This document shows positions 27,328-36,847 of a DNA stretch of 52,263 nt, in pieces. How positions within the stretch are numbered: position 1 is the stretch's first letter; every line of letters begins with the position of its first letter. The translations under genes and the position numbers were made by a program. Below the pieces are notes generated by a model. The model saw nothing but the letters and a program-made list of their open reading frames with translations. It had not been told where the DNA came from and searched no databases. The stretch is from positions 1 to 52,263 of the IMG/VR virus record IMGVR_UViG_3300028025_001613. The stretch is one strand, 5' to 3'. The stretch is from a virus. Lineage: Duplodnaviria > Caudoviricetes.

Positions 27328-27371
27328 CAGCTTTAGTAATCAGGGGGAACAGCTTAACTGAACCAATATAT

Positions 27372-29312
27372 ATGAAACAAGACTTGCCTACCCATTGGGT
27401 TATGGATTATGAAACCCTTGTCAACTGTTTTGTAGGTGTATTTCAACACTATAAAGATGACAGTATTAGTGAAATATTTATCATCACTAAAGATCAAAAT
27501 GATTTACCTAAATTTATTGATTTTCTAAAGAAGTGTGTACAGCTTAATCAGTGGCATATATCTTATAATGGTCTAGCATTTGATGCTCAGATCTCTCAAC
27601 ACATGCTTAAAAATGAAACTAAGCTATTAAAACTTAGTGGATTAGAAGCAGCTCAGTATATTCATAAACTAGCACAAGATATTATTAACAGATCTGATAG
27701 AGGAGAGTTCCAAGAGTTTGCACCTAGACAGCTTAAAATTAGACAGATTGATTTATTTAAGATGAATCACTGGGATAATAAAGCTAAGATGTCTTCTCTA
27801 AAATGGATACAGTATTCTATGGACTGGGAGAATGTAGAAGAGATGCCTCATCATCACAGTAAGCCTGTTGAGAATAATCAACAACTACAGGATATAGTTA
27901 CTTATTGTATCAATGATGTACAATCTACTAAGAAGATACTAGAACATTCTAAAGAACAGATAGAGTTAAGAAAAACTCTTACTAATGAATATGGAATAGA
28001 TCTATATTCTGCTTCAGAGCCCCGCATATCTAAAGAGCTATTCTTATTTTTCCTTGAAAAGAAACTAGGATGGGATAAAGCAGAAATCAAAAGACTCAGA
28101 ACTAAACGTGATGAGATTTACCTTGGTCAATGTATTTTACCCTATATTAAGTTCCAGACGCCAGAGTTTCAAAAGATTCATGACTATTTTAGAACAAAGG
28201 TAGTTACATCTACTAAAGACAAGTTAAGATTTACTCTTGATTATAAAGGCGTAAAGACAGACTATGGTCTTGGCGGTATCCACGGTGCAAAAGATGCAGG
28301 AGTATATGAAGCTCATCCGGGATGGACCATCATGACTTCAGATGTAACATCATTCTATCCTAATCTAGCTATTAAGAACAAGTTTCATCCAGAACACTTA
28401 CCTCAGAAAGAGTTTGGGGACCTGTATGAGTGGTTCTTTGAAGAGAGAAAGAAGATACCTAAGACAGATCCAAAGAACTATGTATACAAGATTATTCTAA
28501 ATAGTACATACGGTCTCACTGGTGATGAGAACAGTTTCCTATATGATCCTAAGATGACTATGCAGATTACTATTAATGGTCAGCTACAGTTATCTATGTT
28601 GTATGAGATGTTATGTCTAGAGATTCCTGAAGGTATTCCTCTTATGCAAAATACCGATGGTCTAGAAATGATGATTCCTACATCAGCAATCTCTACATAT
28701 ATGGATGTCTGTGCTAAATGGGAAAAAATCACTCAGCTTAACCTAGAACATGATGAGTATTCTAAAATGATTATTGCAGACGTAAATAATTATATGGCTG
28801 TATATAAGAATGGAAAGGTAAAGTCAAAAGGTAAATATGAGTGGGAAGATCTAGAAAAAAAGAAGGTGGCAGTATTTCATAAGAATAAATCTTTTCTAAT
28901 TATTCCTAAAGCCGTCTATGCATACTTTGTTTATGGAACATTACCAGAAGAGTTTCTTGCACAGAATAGATCTGTATATGATTACTGTGGAGGGATTAAA
29001 GCAAAAGGTGGATGGTACTATGAAGAAAGAAGTTTAGTTAATGGTGAATTAGTTACAAATAAACTACAAAAGATTGTTAGATATTACGTAACTAAATCAG
29101 GAACTAAAATTATGAAGTGTCACCCAGATGGTAGAGAGATGCAGGTAGAAGCCGGGGAATGGATGCAAAAGATAGCTAATGAGATAGACCCTAATATGTC
29201 TTATGAAGCATATGATATAGATACAGAATATTATTTAGAAAACATATACAAGCAAATAGAGCAGATTAACAAAGTTAAACTTAGCTCTTTCACACAATTG
29301 TCATTATTTTAA
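27372..29312 (+). CDS. Family B DNA polymerase
   Basis: Exonuclease DYET, YNGLAFD, YCINDV; polymerase SDVTSFYP, KIILNSTYG, NTDG. Confidence 0.93.
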   Translation: MKQDLPTHWVMDYETLVNCFVGVFQHYKDDSISEIFIITKDQNDLPKFIDFLKKCVQLNQWHISYNGLAFDAQISQHMLKNETKLLKLSGLEAAQYIHKLAQDIINRSDRGEFQEFAPRQLKIRQIDLFKMNHWDNKAKMSSLKWIQYSMDWENVEEMPHHHSKPVENNQQLQDIVTYCINDVQSTKKILEHSKEQIELRKTLTNEYGIDLYSASEPRISKELFLFFLEKKLGWDKAEIKRLRTKRDEIYLGQCILPYIKFQTPEFQKIHDYFRTKVVTSTKDKLRFTLDYKGVKTDYGLGGIHGAKDAGVYEAHPGWTIMTSDVTSFYPNLAIKNKFHPEHLPQKEFGDLYEWFFEERKKIPKTDPKNYVYKIILNSTYGLTGDENSFLYDPKMTMQITINGQLQLSMLYEMLCLEIPEGIPLMQNTDGLEMMIPTSAISTYMDVCAKWEKITQLNLEHDEYSKMIIADVNNYMAVYKNGKVKSKGKYEWEDLEKKKVAVFHKNKSFLIIPKAVYAYFVYGTLPEEFLAQNRSVYDYCGGIKAKGGWYYEERSLVNGELVTNKLQKIVRYYVTKSGTKIMKCHPDGREMQVEAGEWMQKIANEIDPNMSYEAYDIDTEYYLENIYKQIEQINKVKLSSFTQLSLF

Positions 29313-29323
29313 AACACAAAGAC

Positions 29324-30130
29324 ATGCCAGCAAAAACAGAATTTACAACAGAGCAGCGTATTAGAGCTGCTGTTTTACCTAATCATGGTAAGACGTATAC
29401 AGTTATCCCTCACGGATATGTTATAGACGAAACTAGAAAAGAGCTGCAATCTGCAGGCTTTCATATAGATAAAGAAATTTACAAGACTAACTTAGATGGT
29501 CAAGTTGCACAAGGAATATATCATTTAAATCACGGCAGTGACTCAGATATGGGTCTAATGTTTGCATGGTCAAACAGCTATAATAAAATGATGAGATTTA
29601 AATGTGCTGTAGGTGCTCAGGTATTTATATGTATGAATGGAGTAGTATCTGGAAACTTATCCAACTACTCAAGAAAACATACAGGTAATGCTTTACAGGA
29701 AGCTACAGATACAATCAGACATCAAATTGCTAATGCTAGAACATTCTATGATCAATTAGTTAAAGATAAAGAACTACTAAAAGGAATCACGTTAACTAAG
29801 AGTCAACAAGCAGCTATTGTAGGTCAATTACTAATTGAACAAGATATATTAACTCTTTCTCAAGTGGGAATAGTTAAGCGTGAATTAGAAACACCTAGTC
29901 ATACTTATAATTCTACCGCTGATTCAGCTTGGACATTATATAATCATGTAACATTAGCTCTAAAAGATTCACATCCAATGAGTTATTTAAATGATCATCA
30001 GAAGTTACACAACTTCTTTATAGATCAATATACAATTACTAAGAAGTTTGTACAACCAGAACTAAACTTTGAAAAAGAAGTTGAAGAAGAGTTGGTAGAA
30101 ACTAATGATAGTGGTGTAATCTTTTTATAA
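29324..30130 (+). CDS. DUF932-like protein
   Basis: NSYN...FICMNG...HTG...WTLYNHVT pattern. Confidence 0.7.
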   Translation: MPAKTEFTTEQRIRAAVLPNHGKTYTVIPHGYVIDETRKELQSAGFHIDKEIYKTNLDGQVAQGIYHLNHGSDSDMGLMFAWSNSYNKMMRFKCAVGAQVFICMNGVVSGNLSNYSRKHTGNALQEATDTIRHQIANARTFYDQLVKDKELLKGITLTKSQQAAIVGQLLIEQDILTLSQVGIVKRELETPSHTYNSTADSAWTLYNHVTLALKDSHPMSYLNDHQKLHNFFIDQYTITKKFVQPELNFEKEVEEELVETNDSGVIFL

Positions 30131-30137
30131 AAATTAT

Positions 30138-30476
30138 ATGGAAGACAGCGTTGGTTCAGTATTTAAAGCAGTACTGCAACATCTAAAGTGTATTGAAGTG
30201 AGACTAGACTTTGCAAAAGCTTTGACTAGTCAAAAACAGAAATACGCTTTAGGTAATGCTGTACAGAAAGTAAAGATAGCTATTAATCATTTATGTGATT
30301 TACTACCAAGCTCATCTGGTGCAATGGAAGTAAAGAAAGAATTAGACAGTGAGCATCTAGTTTATATAATGTTACTAACAGAGCAACTATATGATCTTGG
30401 TAGTGAAGACATAGAAGAAGTAATAGAGTTAATAGAAAATCATATAAATAAAAAATATGGTAAGGGAGAAGTGTAA
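30138..30476 (+). CDS. Hypothetical protein
   Basis: 112 aa helical ORF. Confidence 0.7.
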   Translation: MEDSVGSVFKAVLQHLKCIEVRLDFAKALTSQKQKYALGNAVQKVKIAINHLCDLLPSSSGAMEVKKELDSEHLVYIMLLTEQLYDLGSEDIEEVIELIENHINKKYGKGEV

Positions 30477-30813
30477 AGTTACTGGTAAATCTAGGTTTCC
30501 AACACCTGGAGATGCTAAAGAAGCTATGAACAGTCTCAAGACAGCCATAAGATATTATGATACAACAGGTAAAAGAATAAACAGAAGAGCAGGTAAAGTA
30601 AAACAGTGTAGATATTACTACTGCTGTCACTGTAATGGTTATCATATGACTAGTAATGATGCTCCTTTAGGTCAAAAGAAAAGAGAAAAGATATTTAAAG
30701 AAAGAGTAGAGTCAACTAAGACTCTGGTAAAGAATAAGCAAGAGGCAGAAGAGTGGAGAAAAGACTCTTTGCCATTTCCTGAAACTAAAACTAATAACGA
30801 TGAGATGGTATAA
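30457..30813 (+). CDS. Zn-finger hypothetical protein
   Basis: C..TGK.RF...YYCCHCNGYHMTS. Confidence 0.75.
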   Translation: MVREKCKVTGKSRFPTPGDAKEAMNSLKTAIRYYDTTGKRINRRAGKVKQCRYYYCCHCNGYHMTSNDAPLGQKKREKIFKERVESTKTLVKNKQEAEEWRKDSLPFPETKTNNDEMV

Positions 30814-31120
30814 GTTAAATGAAGACCATACTACAGAAATGCTACCCGAAGGAGAATATCCTTTGAATGGAGATTTACGTAGTCCTATTAAACACATAGG
30901 AGATAATGTTGTAAATGATCAAAGAATATCTACAGTGTTTTTACATTTAGATCACAACTGGGACCCAGATGGTGAACCAGTATTATTTGAAACCATGATC
31001 TTTGGTGGAGAGTATGATGAAGAAATGTGGAGATACTGTACATGGGAAGAAGCTAAAGCTGGACACGATAGAATTGTTAACTGCCTTGAACAAGGTATAA
31101 ACCCAAATGAAGAAATATGA
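30800..31120 (+). CDS. Hypothetical phage protein
   Basis: STVFLHLDH...LFETMIFGG motif. Confidence 0.8.
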   Translation: MRWYKLNEDHTTEMLPEGEYPLNGDLRSPIKHIGDNVVNDQRISTVFLHLDHNWDPDGEPVLFETMIFGGEYDEEMWRYCTWEEAKAGHDRIVNCLEQGINPNEEI

Positions 31121-31755
31121 TTATAGGAATTAACGGATATGCCGGCAGTGGAAAAGACACTGTCGGTACTATTATACAATATCTACAAACTATCCCTAGT
31201 AATGTATCTTTAGTAGATGTATTAGATTTTCCTCTAACACATCAATGGTGGTTAGAAGAAGCATCTGGATGGGAAATAAAAAAGTGGGCAGGTAAACTTA
31301 AGACTATGGCTAATTTATTTACAGGAATCCCTGTAGAGAAGTTTGAAGACCAAGACTTTAAGAAAACTATGCTTGGATCTGAATGGAATATGTCAGTGAG
31401 AGACTTTTTACAAAGACTAGGTACTGATGCTATTAGAGATGGCTTACATACTAATGCATGGGTTAATGCTCTTATGGCAGATTATAAGAAGATAGATTAT
31501 AATGATGATGAACAACCTGAATTTCCTAATTGGATTATTACAGATACTAGATTTCCTAATGAAGCCCAAGCTATTAAAGATGCTGGAGGTCTAGTAATCC
31601 GTATAGATAGACCAGGTGTTAAACCTATTAATAATCATCCTTCAGAAGTTGGATTAGATGATTGGAAGTTTGACTATAAGATAGCTAATGTGTCTGATCT
31701 TAGAGCTCTTACTGGTACAGTAGAGACAATATTATTAAAAGAAAATATACTGTAA
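31117..31755 (+). CDS. Deoxynucleoside monophosphate kinase
   Basis: GYAGSGKDT, LQRLGTD, TDTRFPNE, HPSE. Confidence 0.9.
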   Translation: MIIGINGYAGSGKDTVGTIIQYLQTIPSNVSLVDVLDFPLTHQWWLEEASGWEIKKWAGKLKTMANLFTGIPVEKFEDQDFKKTMLGSEWNMSVRDFLQRLGTDAIRDGLHTNAWVNALMADYKKIDYNDDEQPEFPNWIITDTRFPNEAQAIKDAGGLVIRIDRPGVKPINNHPSEVGLDDWKFDYKIANVSDLRALTGTVETILLKENIL

Positions 31756-32150
31756 TGTGTGACCAATGTGTAAACTATGAACTAGATGATAATGAGTTTC
31801 TTGAAGTTACTCAGGAAGACATTGATTATTGGAAAGAAAAAGGTAAGTATTATGGCTACCCTCAATGCTGTATAGATGCTTTTTGTAATAGAATAGATCT
31901 TAATCTAACACCAGCACAAGAGCAAGTACTTGATAATCATGGTTTTATACCATGTAATGATCATGCTCTTATGATAATAGATAGTAAAGTCACTTTAAAA
32001 AGTCTTATTGAAAATAGACAATGTATATATGATTATCCTATGGATGACCATGATGCTGAAATAGTAAAACTTATAATAGACAATGATGAAGAACTTAGAC
32101 AAGAATTTCTTGACGCAGGATACGTCTCTGAAGAAAAGGAAGAGATTTAA
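31755..32150 (+). CDS. Cys-rich hypothetical protein
   Basis: GYPQCCI...GFIPC..H motif. Confidence 0.7.
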   Translation: MCDQCVNYELDDNEFLEVTQEDIDYWKEKGKYYGYPQCCIDAFCNRIDLNLTPAQEQVLDNHGFIPCNDHALMIIDSKVTLKSLIENRQCIYDYPMDDHDAEIVKLIIDNDEELRQEFLDAGYVSEEKEEI

Positions 32151-32194
32151 AATACCTTATGTAAAGGTTAGTATTAAAGATAATAAAGTGGTCT

Positions 32195-33049
32195 ATGCAA
32201 ATAATAGAACAGTCTACGAAGACTCTAAAAACAAGAGATAATGGAAGAAGCTCGGACGCTATTAGTCCGAACTTCATCTATGGATGCCTAGGTGGCTGTA
32301 TGAAGTCCTACTGCTATGTAGGCAGATATAACCACGATAAAGTATATGTTAATAAGAATACTGATGATATTCTACACTCTGTTTATGATTGGCTAGTAGA
32401 TAAACCATGGCCTAAAGTTCCTAATCAGTGTGATGAAAAGTATTATACTATAGATATAGGCTGCAGTACTGATGTAGCTTTGATGACTAAATATTATAAT
32501 TGGCAAAAGGTATTTGACTGGTTTGACTGTCATGTAATGGCTAAGTCTACTTTTGCCACTAAATATCCTAGTATGTTTCGTCCTAATGAAAAGTTTGTAT
32601 TCCATCCTGATAAACACCGTATCCGGGTAAGCTTAATGCCTCAGATATACTCTGATGTATTAGAACCAGGTACAGATAGTATAGCTCGTCGTATAGCTGA
32701 AATTCCTAGGCTACAACAGTATATGGAAGTACATATTAACTTTAGTCCTATCATCTATACAGATGGCTGGCTAGGTGAATACCGTAAATTATTCCAACAG
32801 CTTAAAGATGCAAGTATAGATGTTAAGTGTGAATGCATATTCCTTACACATAATATACAGCAGCATCAGCGTAACTCTGAGATTGTACAAGATCTAATAT
32901 GGAGACCAGATATTCAAGAGTCTAAAGACTCCCAGTATGCTCCTGATAATATTAGATATAAACACACTCTAAAAAGAGAAATGGTAAAAGATTTTGTATC
33001 TTTATACTCAGAATTTTTTAATCCAGTTAACATTAGATATATATTTTAA
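32195..33049 (+). CDS. Spore photoproduct lyase (SplB)-like radical SAM protein
   Basis: Three-Cys motif GCLGGCMKSYCY, FATKY, RIRVSLMP, HINFSPII, IFLTHN. Confidence 0.85.
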   Translation: MQIIEQSTKTLKTRDNGRSSDAISPNFIYGCLGGCMKSYCYVGRYNHDKVYVNKNTDDILHSVYDWLVDKPWPKVPNQCDEKYYTIDIGCSTDVALMTKYYNWQKVFDWFDCHVMAKSTFATKYPSMFRPNEKFVFHPDKHRIRVSLMPQIYSDVLEPGTDSIARRIAEIPRLQQYMEVHINFSPIIYTDGWLGEYRKLFQQLKDASIDVKCECIFLTHNIQQHQRNSEIVQDLIWRPDIQESKDSQYAPDNIRYKHTLKREMVKDFVSLYSEFFNPVNIRYIF

Positions 33050-33052
33050 TAT

Positions 33053-33328
33053 ATGAAAGTAAAAGATAAAATACCTTATTGGAAATTACTAATTGTATTT
33101 ATATCAGCAATAGCATTAGAAGCTAATTCAATAGCAAGTTTTAGATATTTAATGGACAAACAATGGATAGGTATGGTATCAATGGTATTTATTAATCCAT
33201 TCTTAACTTTACCTATGAACCATTTTACTATTGAGGTAAAAACATTTAGAGGAAGATCCTTAATTGCACTAGCTTTTGCACTTGGTTTTAGTGTAGGTGT
33301 GCTACTTATAAGACCAGCATTTATATAA
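33053..33328 (+). CDS. Small multi-TM membrane protein
   Basis: 91 aa, three hydrophobic segments. Confidence 0.7.
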   Translation: MKVKDKIPYWKLLIVFISAIALEANSIASFRYLMDKQWIGMVSMVFINPFLTLPMNHFTIEVKTFRGRSLIALAFALGFSVGVLLIRPAFI

Positions 33329-33340
33329 AACAAACAATTT

Positions 33341-34033
33341 ATGAAAATTTTACACATTTCAGATACCCATGGATTCCATAATGCCTTTCCAGATTCTACC
33401 TGGAAGGGTATTGATGTAGTAGTCCATAGTGGAGACTGTTCTAACTACTATGATGTATTTAGAAATGAGCAGGAAGTAGTTAACTTCCTTAACTGGTATG
33501 AGCTTGTACCCGTAAAGTATAAAATATACGTAGCGGGTAATCATGATACCTGTATAGAAAGAAAAAGAATAACTAAGGAAGACTTTGAAAAACGTGGTCT
33601 TATCTATTTAGAAGATGGATTTACAAATATAGATGGGATTAAGTTCTATGGTTCTCCTTATACACCAACATTTGGTCAGTGGGCATTTATGAAAGCTCGT
33701 GATAAAATGCATAATGTGTGGCAAGCTGTACCAGAAGATACTGATGTACTAATAGTCCACGGCCCTCCTAAAACTATTAGAGATTTATCATTTGATAGAC
33801 ATGGTCAATTAGAGTTCTGTGGAGACATGGCTCTTTATAAAAGATGCATGCAATTAAAAGATACTCTTAAGTTAGTATGTTTTGGACATATCCATAATAT
33901 GGATGGTGTGCCAACTAACCAAGGTATATCTCGTTTTGCACATACCTCTACAGCATTTTCTAATGCAGCTTGTGTATATGATGGACGTTTTGATCTAGGC
34001 TTAGTATCATTTGGTAACAAATTTAAAATCTAA
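33341..34033 (+). CDS. Calcineurin-like metallophosphoesterase
   Basis: SDTH, HSGD, GNHD, HGPP, GHIH. Confidence 0.92.
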   Translation: MKILHISDTHGFHNAFPDSTWKGIDVVVHSGDCSNYYDVFRNEQEVVNFLNWYELVPVKYKIYVAGNHDTCIERKRITKEDFEKRGLIYLEDGFTNIDGIKFYGSPYTPTFGQWAFMKARDKMHNVWQAVPEDTDVLIVHGPPKTIRDLSFDRHGQLEFCGDMALYKRCMQLKDTLKLVCFGHIHNMDGVPTNQGISRFAHTSTAFSNAACVYDGRFDLGLVSFGNKFKI

Positions 34034-34036
34034 CAT

Positions 34037-34267
34037 ATGAAAGACAAATGTATTTTATGTGATGCTGATACAGCATATGATAATACGACCCATGTAGACA
34101 TGAGAGTTGGTTATATAGAAGGTGCAGGACAGTTATGTCATGCATGCTGGATGAAAGGTACTGATAGAAGACATTTCTTAGTACCACATAGCTTAGTTTA
34201 CAATAATTCTAATGATGCAGAATTAGGAGCTAAAGTGAGAGAATTGTATTATAATATAACAGATTAA
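34037..34267 (+). CDS. Small Zn-finger protein
   Basis: CILC...YIEGAGQLCHAC. Confidence 0.75.
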   Translation: MKDKCILCDADTAYDNTTHVDMRVGYIEGAGQLCHACWMKGTDRRHFLVPHSLVYNNSNDAELGAKVRELYYNITD

Positions 34268-34276
34268 TTAGTAAAT

Positions 34277-34561
34277 TTGCGTATGTACAAAGCAGAAGTT
34301 TTATATGAGGATACATGCATTAGAGTGTATGATCCAGAAAAGAAAGAGTTAATAGCAGTATTTAAAACCTTTTCTAAAGCATCTAATAAGCTTGGAGTAG
34401 GACATTCAACAGTTCAACATAAGTGTGAATCTAAACGTAGAATGTTTTCACCCATCTTAAATAGAGAGGTAGCTTGTAGAATAGGTGTTATGAAACCCGG
34501 TGATAAAGAATTAATAGAACAAACTGAAAAGTACTTAACAACGAAACAGTTAAAAAAATGA
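34277..34561 (+). CDS. Stand-alone NUMOD1-like HTH protein (putative)
   Basis: VYD...IAVFKTFSKASNKLGV pattern. Confidence 0.55.
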   Translation: MRMYKAEVLYEDTCIRVYDPEKKELIAVFKTFSKASNKLGVGHSTVQHKCESKRRMFSPILNREVACRIGVMKPGDKELIEQTEKYLTTKQLKK

Positions 34562-34827
34562 AAAAGTACATAACAGCAATATTAAGTATAGGAACAGTAG
34601 CAATGCTGTTCTATACGCTGTTTGATTTAAAGAATCAAGTAAAACAAATATCAGTGTTGCAACATCAATTAGATAGTGTAACTATTCAGTTGGATAGTAT
34701 ATCTATAATTAACTTTGCAACAGAGGTAGAGAATGGTAGATATGAAATAACTTTGGAGCATCTTAAAGAGACTAATCCTAAAGCTGCTAAAGAGTTTGAA
34801 GAATTTATGAATACTCAAACTGAATAG
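34558..34827 (+). CDS. Membrane-anchored coiled-coil protein
   Basis: N-terminal TM followed by heptads. Confidence 0.7.
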   Translation: MKKYITAILSIGTVAMLFYTLFDLKNQVKQISVLQHQLDSVTIQLDSISIINFATEVENGRYEITLEHLKETNPKAAKEFEEFMNTQTE

Positions 34828-34828
34828 T

Positions 34829-34951
34829 ATGAAGCAATGGTTTAATAGAATTAAAAAGTATAATTGGACATTTATAATAGTATGGGTGTCCATATTTACA
34901 CTATCATTTACATTGTGGTGGCAAATCTTTAAAATATTAAAAAACTTATGA
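34829..34951 (+). CDS. Single-TM peptide (40 aa, not in ORF track)
   Basis: MKQWFNRIKKYNWTFIIVWV...; ATGA overlap with thioredoxin. Confidence 0.55.
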   Translation: MKQWFNRIKKYNWTFIIVWVSIFTLSFTLWWQIFKILKNL

Positions 34952-35208
34952 GTAATTTAGAAGTAAAGACATTTGTAGAAGACTGGTGTGCTACCTGTCA
35001 AAAAGTAGCACCAGCCCTTATAAGCTTAGAAAATAAGTATAATAGACAATTGTCTTGGCAGAATTTAAGTATTGATCAGCATGGTGATGCTAATGCTGTT
35101 AGTGCGGTACCTACAATAATCTTTGTAAAAGATGGAATAGAAGTAGAAAGAATGGTTGGAGAAAGACCTCCATTCCTCTATGAAGAAACTATTCTTAAAT
35201 ACTTGTAA
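34948..35208 (+). CDS. Thioredoxin-like protein
   Basis: WCATC active site, VPT cis-Pro motif. Confidence 0.85.
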   Translation: MSNLEVKTFVEDWCATCQKVAPALISLENKYNRQLSWQNLSIDQHGDANAVSAVPTIIFVKDGIEVERMVGERPPFLYEETILKYL

Positions 35209-35211
35209 GAT

Positions 35212-35475
35212 ATGTCAGTATCTAGTAAATATAGATTAACAAGGTTAAATGATGGTCTTGTTAAAGAAGGTACACAGCTAGCTTGGATTAATTACAAGCT
35301 AACTGGTAACTCAATATATAAAAGAATAGCAAAAGGCAGGGGTCTAGTTATTTATAGAAGTATGGGTGACTACTGGCAAACTACACTAGTCCAGTCTTAT
35401 AAAAAGTTAGAGGACGGTACAATAATGTTTACTACAGAAAATAGTAATTATAAATTAGAGAAAATAAATAATTAA
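35212..35475 (+). CDS. Hypothetical protein
   Basis: 87 aa, WQTT...FTTENSNY motif. Confidence 0.75.
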   Translation: MSVSSKYRLTRLNDGLVKEGTQLAWINYKLTGNSIYKRIAKGRGLVIYRSMGDYWQTTLVQSYKKLEDGTIMFTTENSNYKLEKINN

Positions 35476-35476
35476 T

Positions 35477-35677
35477 ATGACACCAATAGATAATAATACA
35501 CATTATTATTTAGAAAATGATAGAGTCATATTCACAGCAGCTTTCCATATAAAAAGGGGAAGCTGCTGTGGTAATGGCTGTAGACATTGTCCTTATGAGC
35601 CTAAACACACAAAGAACAATATAATAAAACAACAACAGTATGATACTATCAGACAAGACAATCCTAAAAGAGATTGA
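35477..35677 (+). CDS. DUF5522-like Cys-rich protein
   Basis: RGSCCGNGCRHCPY. Confidence 0.75.
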   Translation: MTPIDNNTHYYLENDRVIFTAAFHIKRGSCCGNGCRHCPYEPKHTKNNIIKQQQYDTIRQDNPKRD

Positions 35678-36173
35678 GAATGGTAACATTGTTATTTCTC
35701 CATTGGTAGAAAAGCATGTTAATCCTAATAGTGTAGACCTTACACTAGCTCCACAATTTAAAGTGTACCAGCAAGGTATACTTGATCCACGCAAACCTAA
35801 TCCTACAATTGATTTAGTAATACCCGAGCATGGTTTCTTATTAGAACCAGGAGAAGTTTACTTATATGCTTGTAACGAGCGTATAGGTGTTAAGAATAAT
35901 ATCCGTGCTAAGGTTGAAGGTAAGTCTAGTCTTGGACGTCTAGGTTTATTTATACATGTAACCGCAGGTTTTATAGACACAGGTTTTGAGGGTAGCTTAG
36001 TATTAGAACTAGTAGCTACTAGACCTATCATGATATATCCTGATATGAAAATCTGTCAAGTAGAATTTGCTAGAGTGGAAGGAGAGATTGGTGAGACTTA
36101 TGATCAGAAAGCTGGTTCTAAGTATCATAATCAAACTGGTGTACAAGAAAGTCTAATGCATAAAAACTTTTAG
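35640..36173 (+). CDS. dcd: dCTP deaminase
   Basis: NPNSVDL, GKSSLGRLGL, TAGFIDTGFEG, LEL, KYHNQ. Confidence 0.92.
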   Translation: MILSDKTILKEIENGNIVISPLVEKHVNPNSVDLTLAPQFKVYQQGILDPRKPNPTIDLVIPEHGFLLEPGEVYLYACNERIGVKNNIRAKVEGKSSLGRLGLFIHVTAGFIDTGFEGSLVLELVATRPIMIYPDMKICQVEFARVEGEIGETYDQKAGSKYHNQTGVQESLMHKNF

Positions 36174-36174
36174 T

Positions 36175-36633
36175 ATGATAACTGATATATTAAAAGAAAG
36201 AGAGGTAGATCAAAAACCTAGGTTCTTTCTGCACGATGAAATGATAACTTGGTTATCTGATACTTGTTATTTTACTACCAGTATATGTCCAGAAGGTAGA
36301 CAAGGAATAACTTTACCTTATATAGATTCTTATGGACAAGTGCACTCAACTGAGTATATAGAAATACCAACTTATTTTATTGTAGACAACAAGTGCTTAA
36401 TAGAAGGAAAACAGATAGGTCCATCTACTTCTTCTTATATAGATTTAACAAACCATACTAAAATTATTAAGAGCTTAATTACTAGAGTTAATTGGTTAGA
36501 AGAAGCTATAAAAATTAATAACCAAAAAATAGGTTCAGAAATAGCTCAACTAGTTAGCAATCAAGTAGTTATGCAGAATGAACTTGTAGAACTTAAAAGT
36601 AAATTAAATGAAAAAAGAACAGATAATCAATAG
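36175..36633 (+). CDS. Hypothetical protein with C-terminal coiled coil
   Basis: 152 aa ORF. Confidence 0.65.
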   Translation: MITDILKEREVDQKPRFFLHDEMITWLSDTCYFTTSICPEGRQGITLPYIDSYGQVHSTEYIEIPTYFIVDNKCLIEGKQIGPSTSSYIDLTNHTKIIKSLITRVNWLEEAIKINNQKIGSEIAQLVSNQVVMQNELVELKSKLNEKRTDNQ

Positions 36634-36769
36634 ACTTTCATCTACGCATATAGAAGATCTTTACATAAAAAGAATTCTTAAAAGAGCTGTTAGAAGACTT
36701 AAATGTAAAGGTATTAGATTAGTTATAAGACAGTCTAAAGAATCATTACTTAATATAGATTGGTTATGA
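36608..36769 (+). CDS. Small basic protein (53 aa, not in ORF track)
   Basis: MKKEQIINRL...LLNIDWL* fills the gap. Confidence 0.55.
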   Translation: MKKEQIINRLSSTHIEDLYIKRILKRAVRRLKCKGIRLVIRQSKESLLNIDWL

Positions 36770-36816
36770 AAAAAGCATTATATTTAGATGATCTTGATTT
36801 GTTTTATATAAAATAA
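36766..36816 (+). pseudogene. Orphaned 5' stub of the receiver-domain gene
   Basis: MKKALYLDD matches KTCLYIDD at the start of 37486..37929. Confidence 0.65.
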
Positions 36817-36829
36817 TTTTGTATCTTTA
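36798..36829 (+). promoter_or_regulatory. Promoter of the homing endonuclease cassette
   Basis: TTTG-N20-TATCTTTA, 18 nt before ATG 36848. Confidence 0.6.
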
Positions 36830-36847
36830 TTATATAAAGAACTAATT

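Noticed and set aside
20273-29312. Inteins in helicase, primase or PolB
   Set aside because: Lengths are compact, with no intein splice motifs or LAGLIDADG inserts
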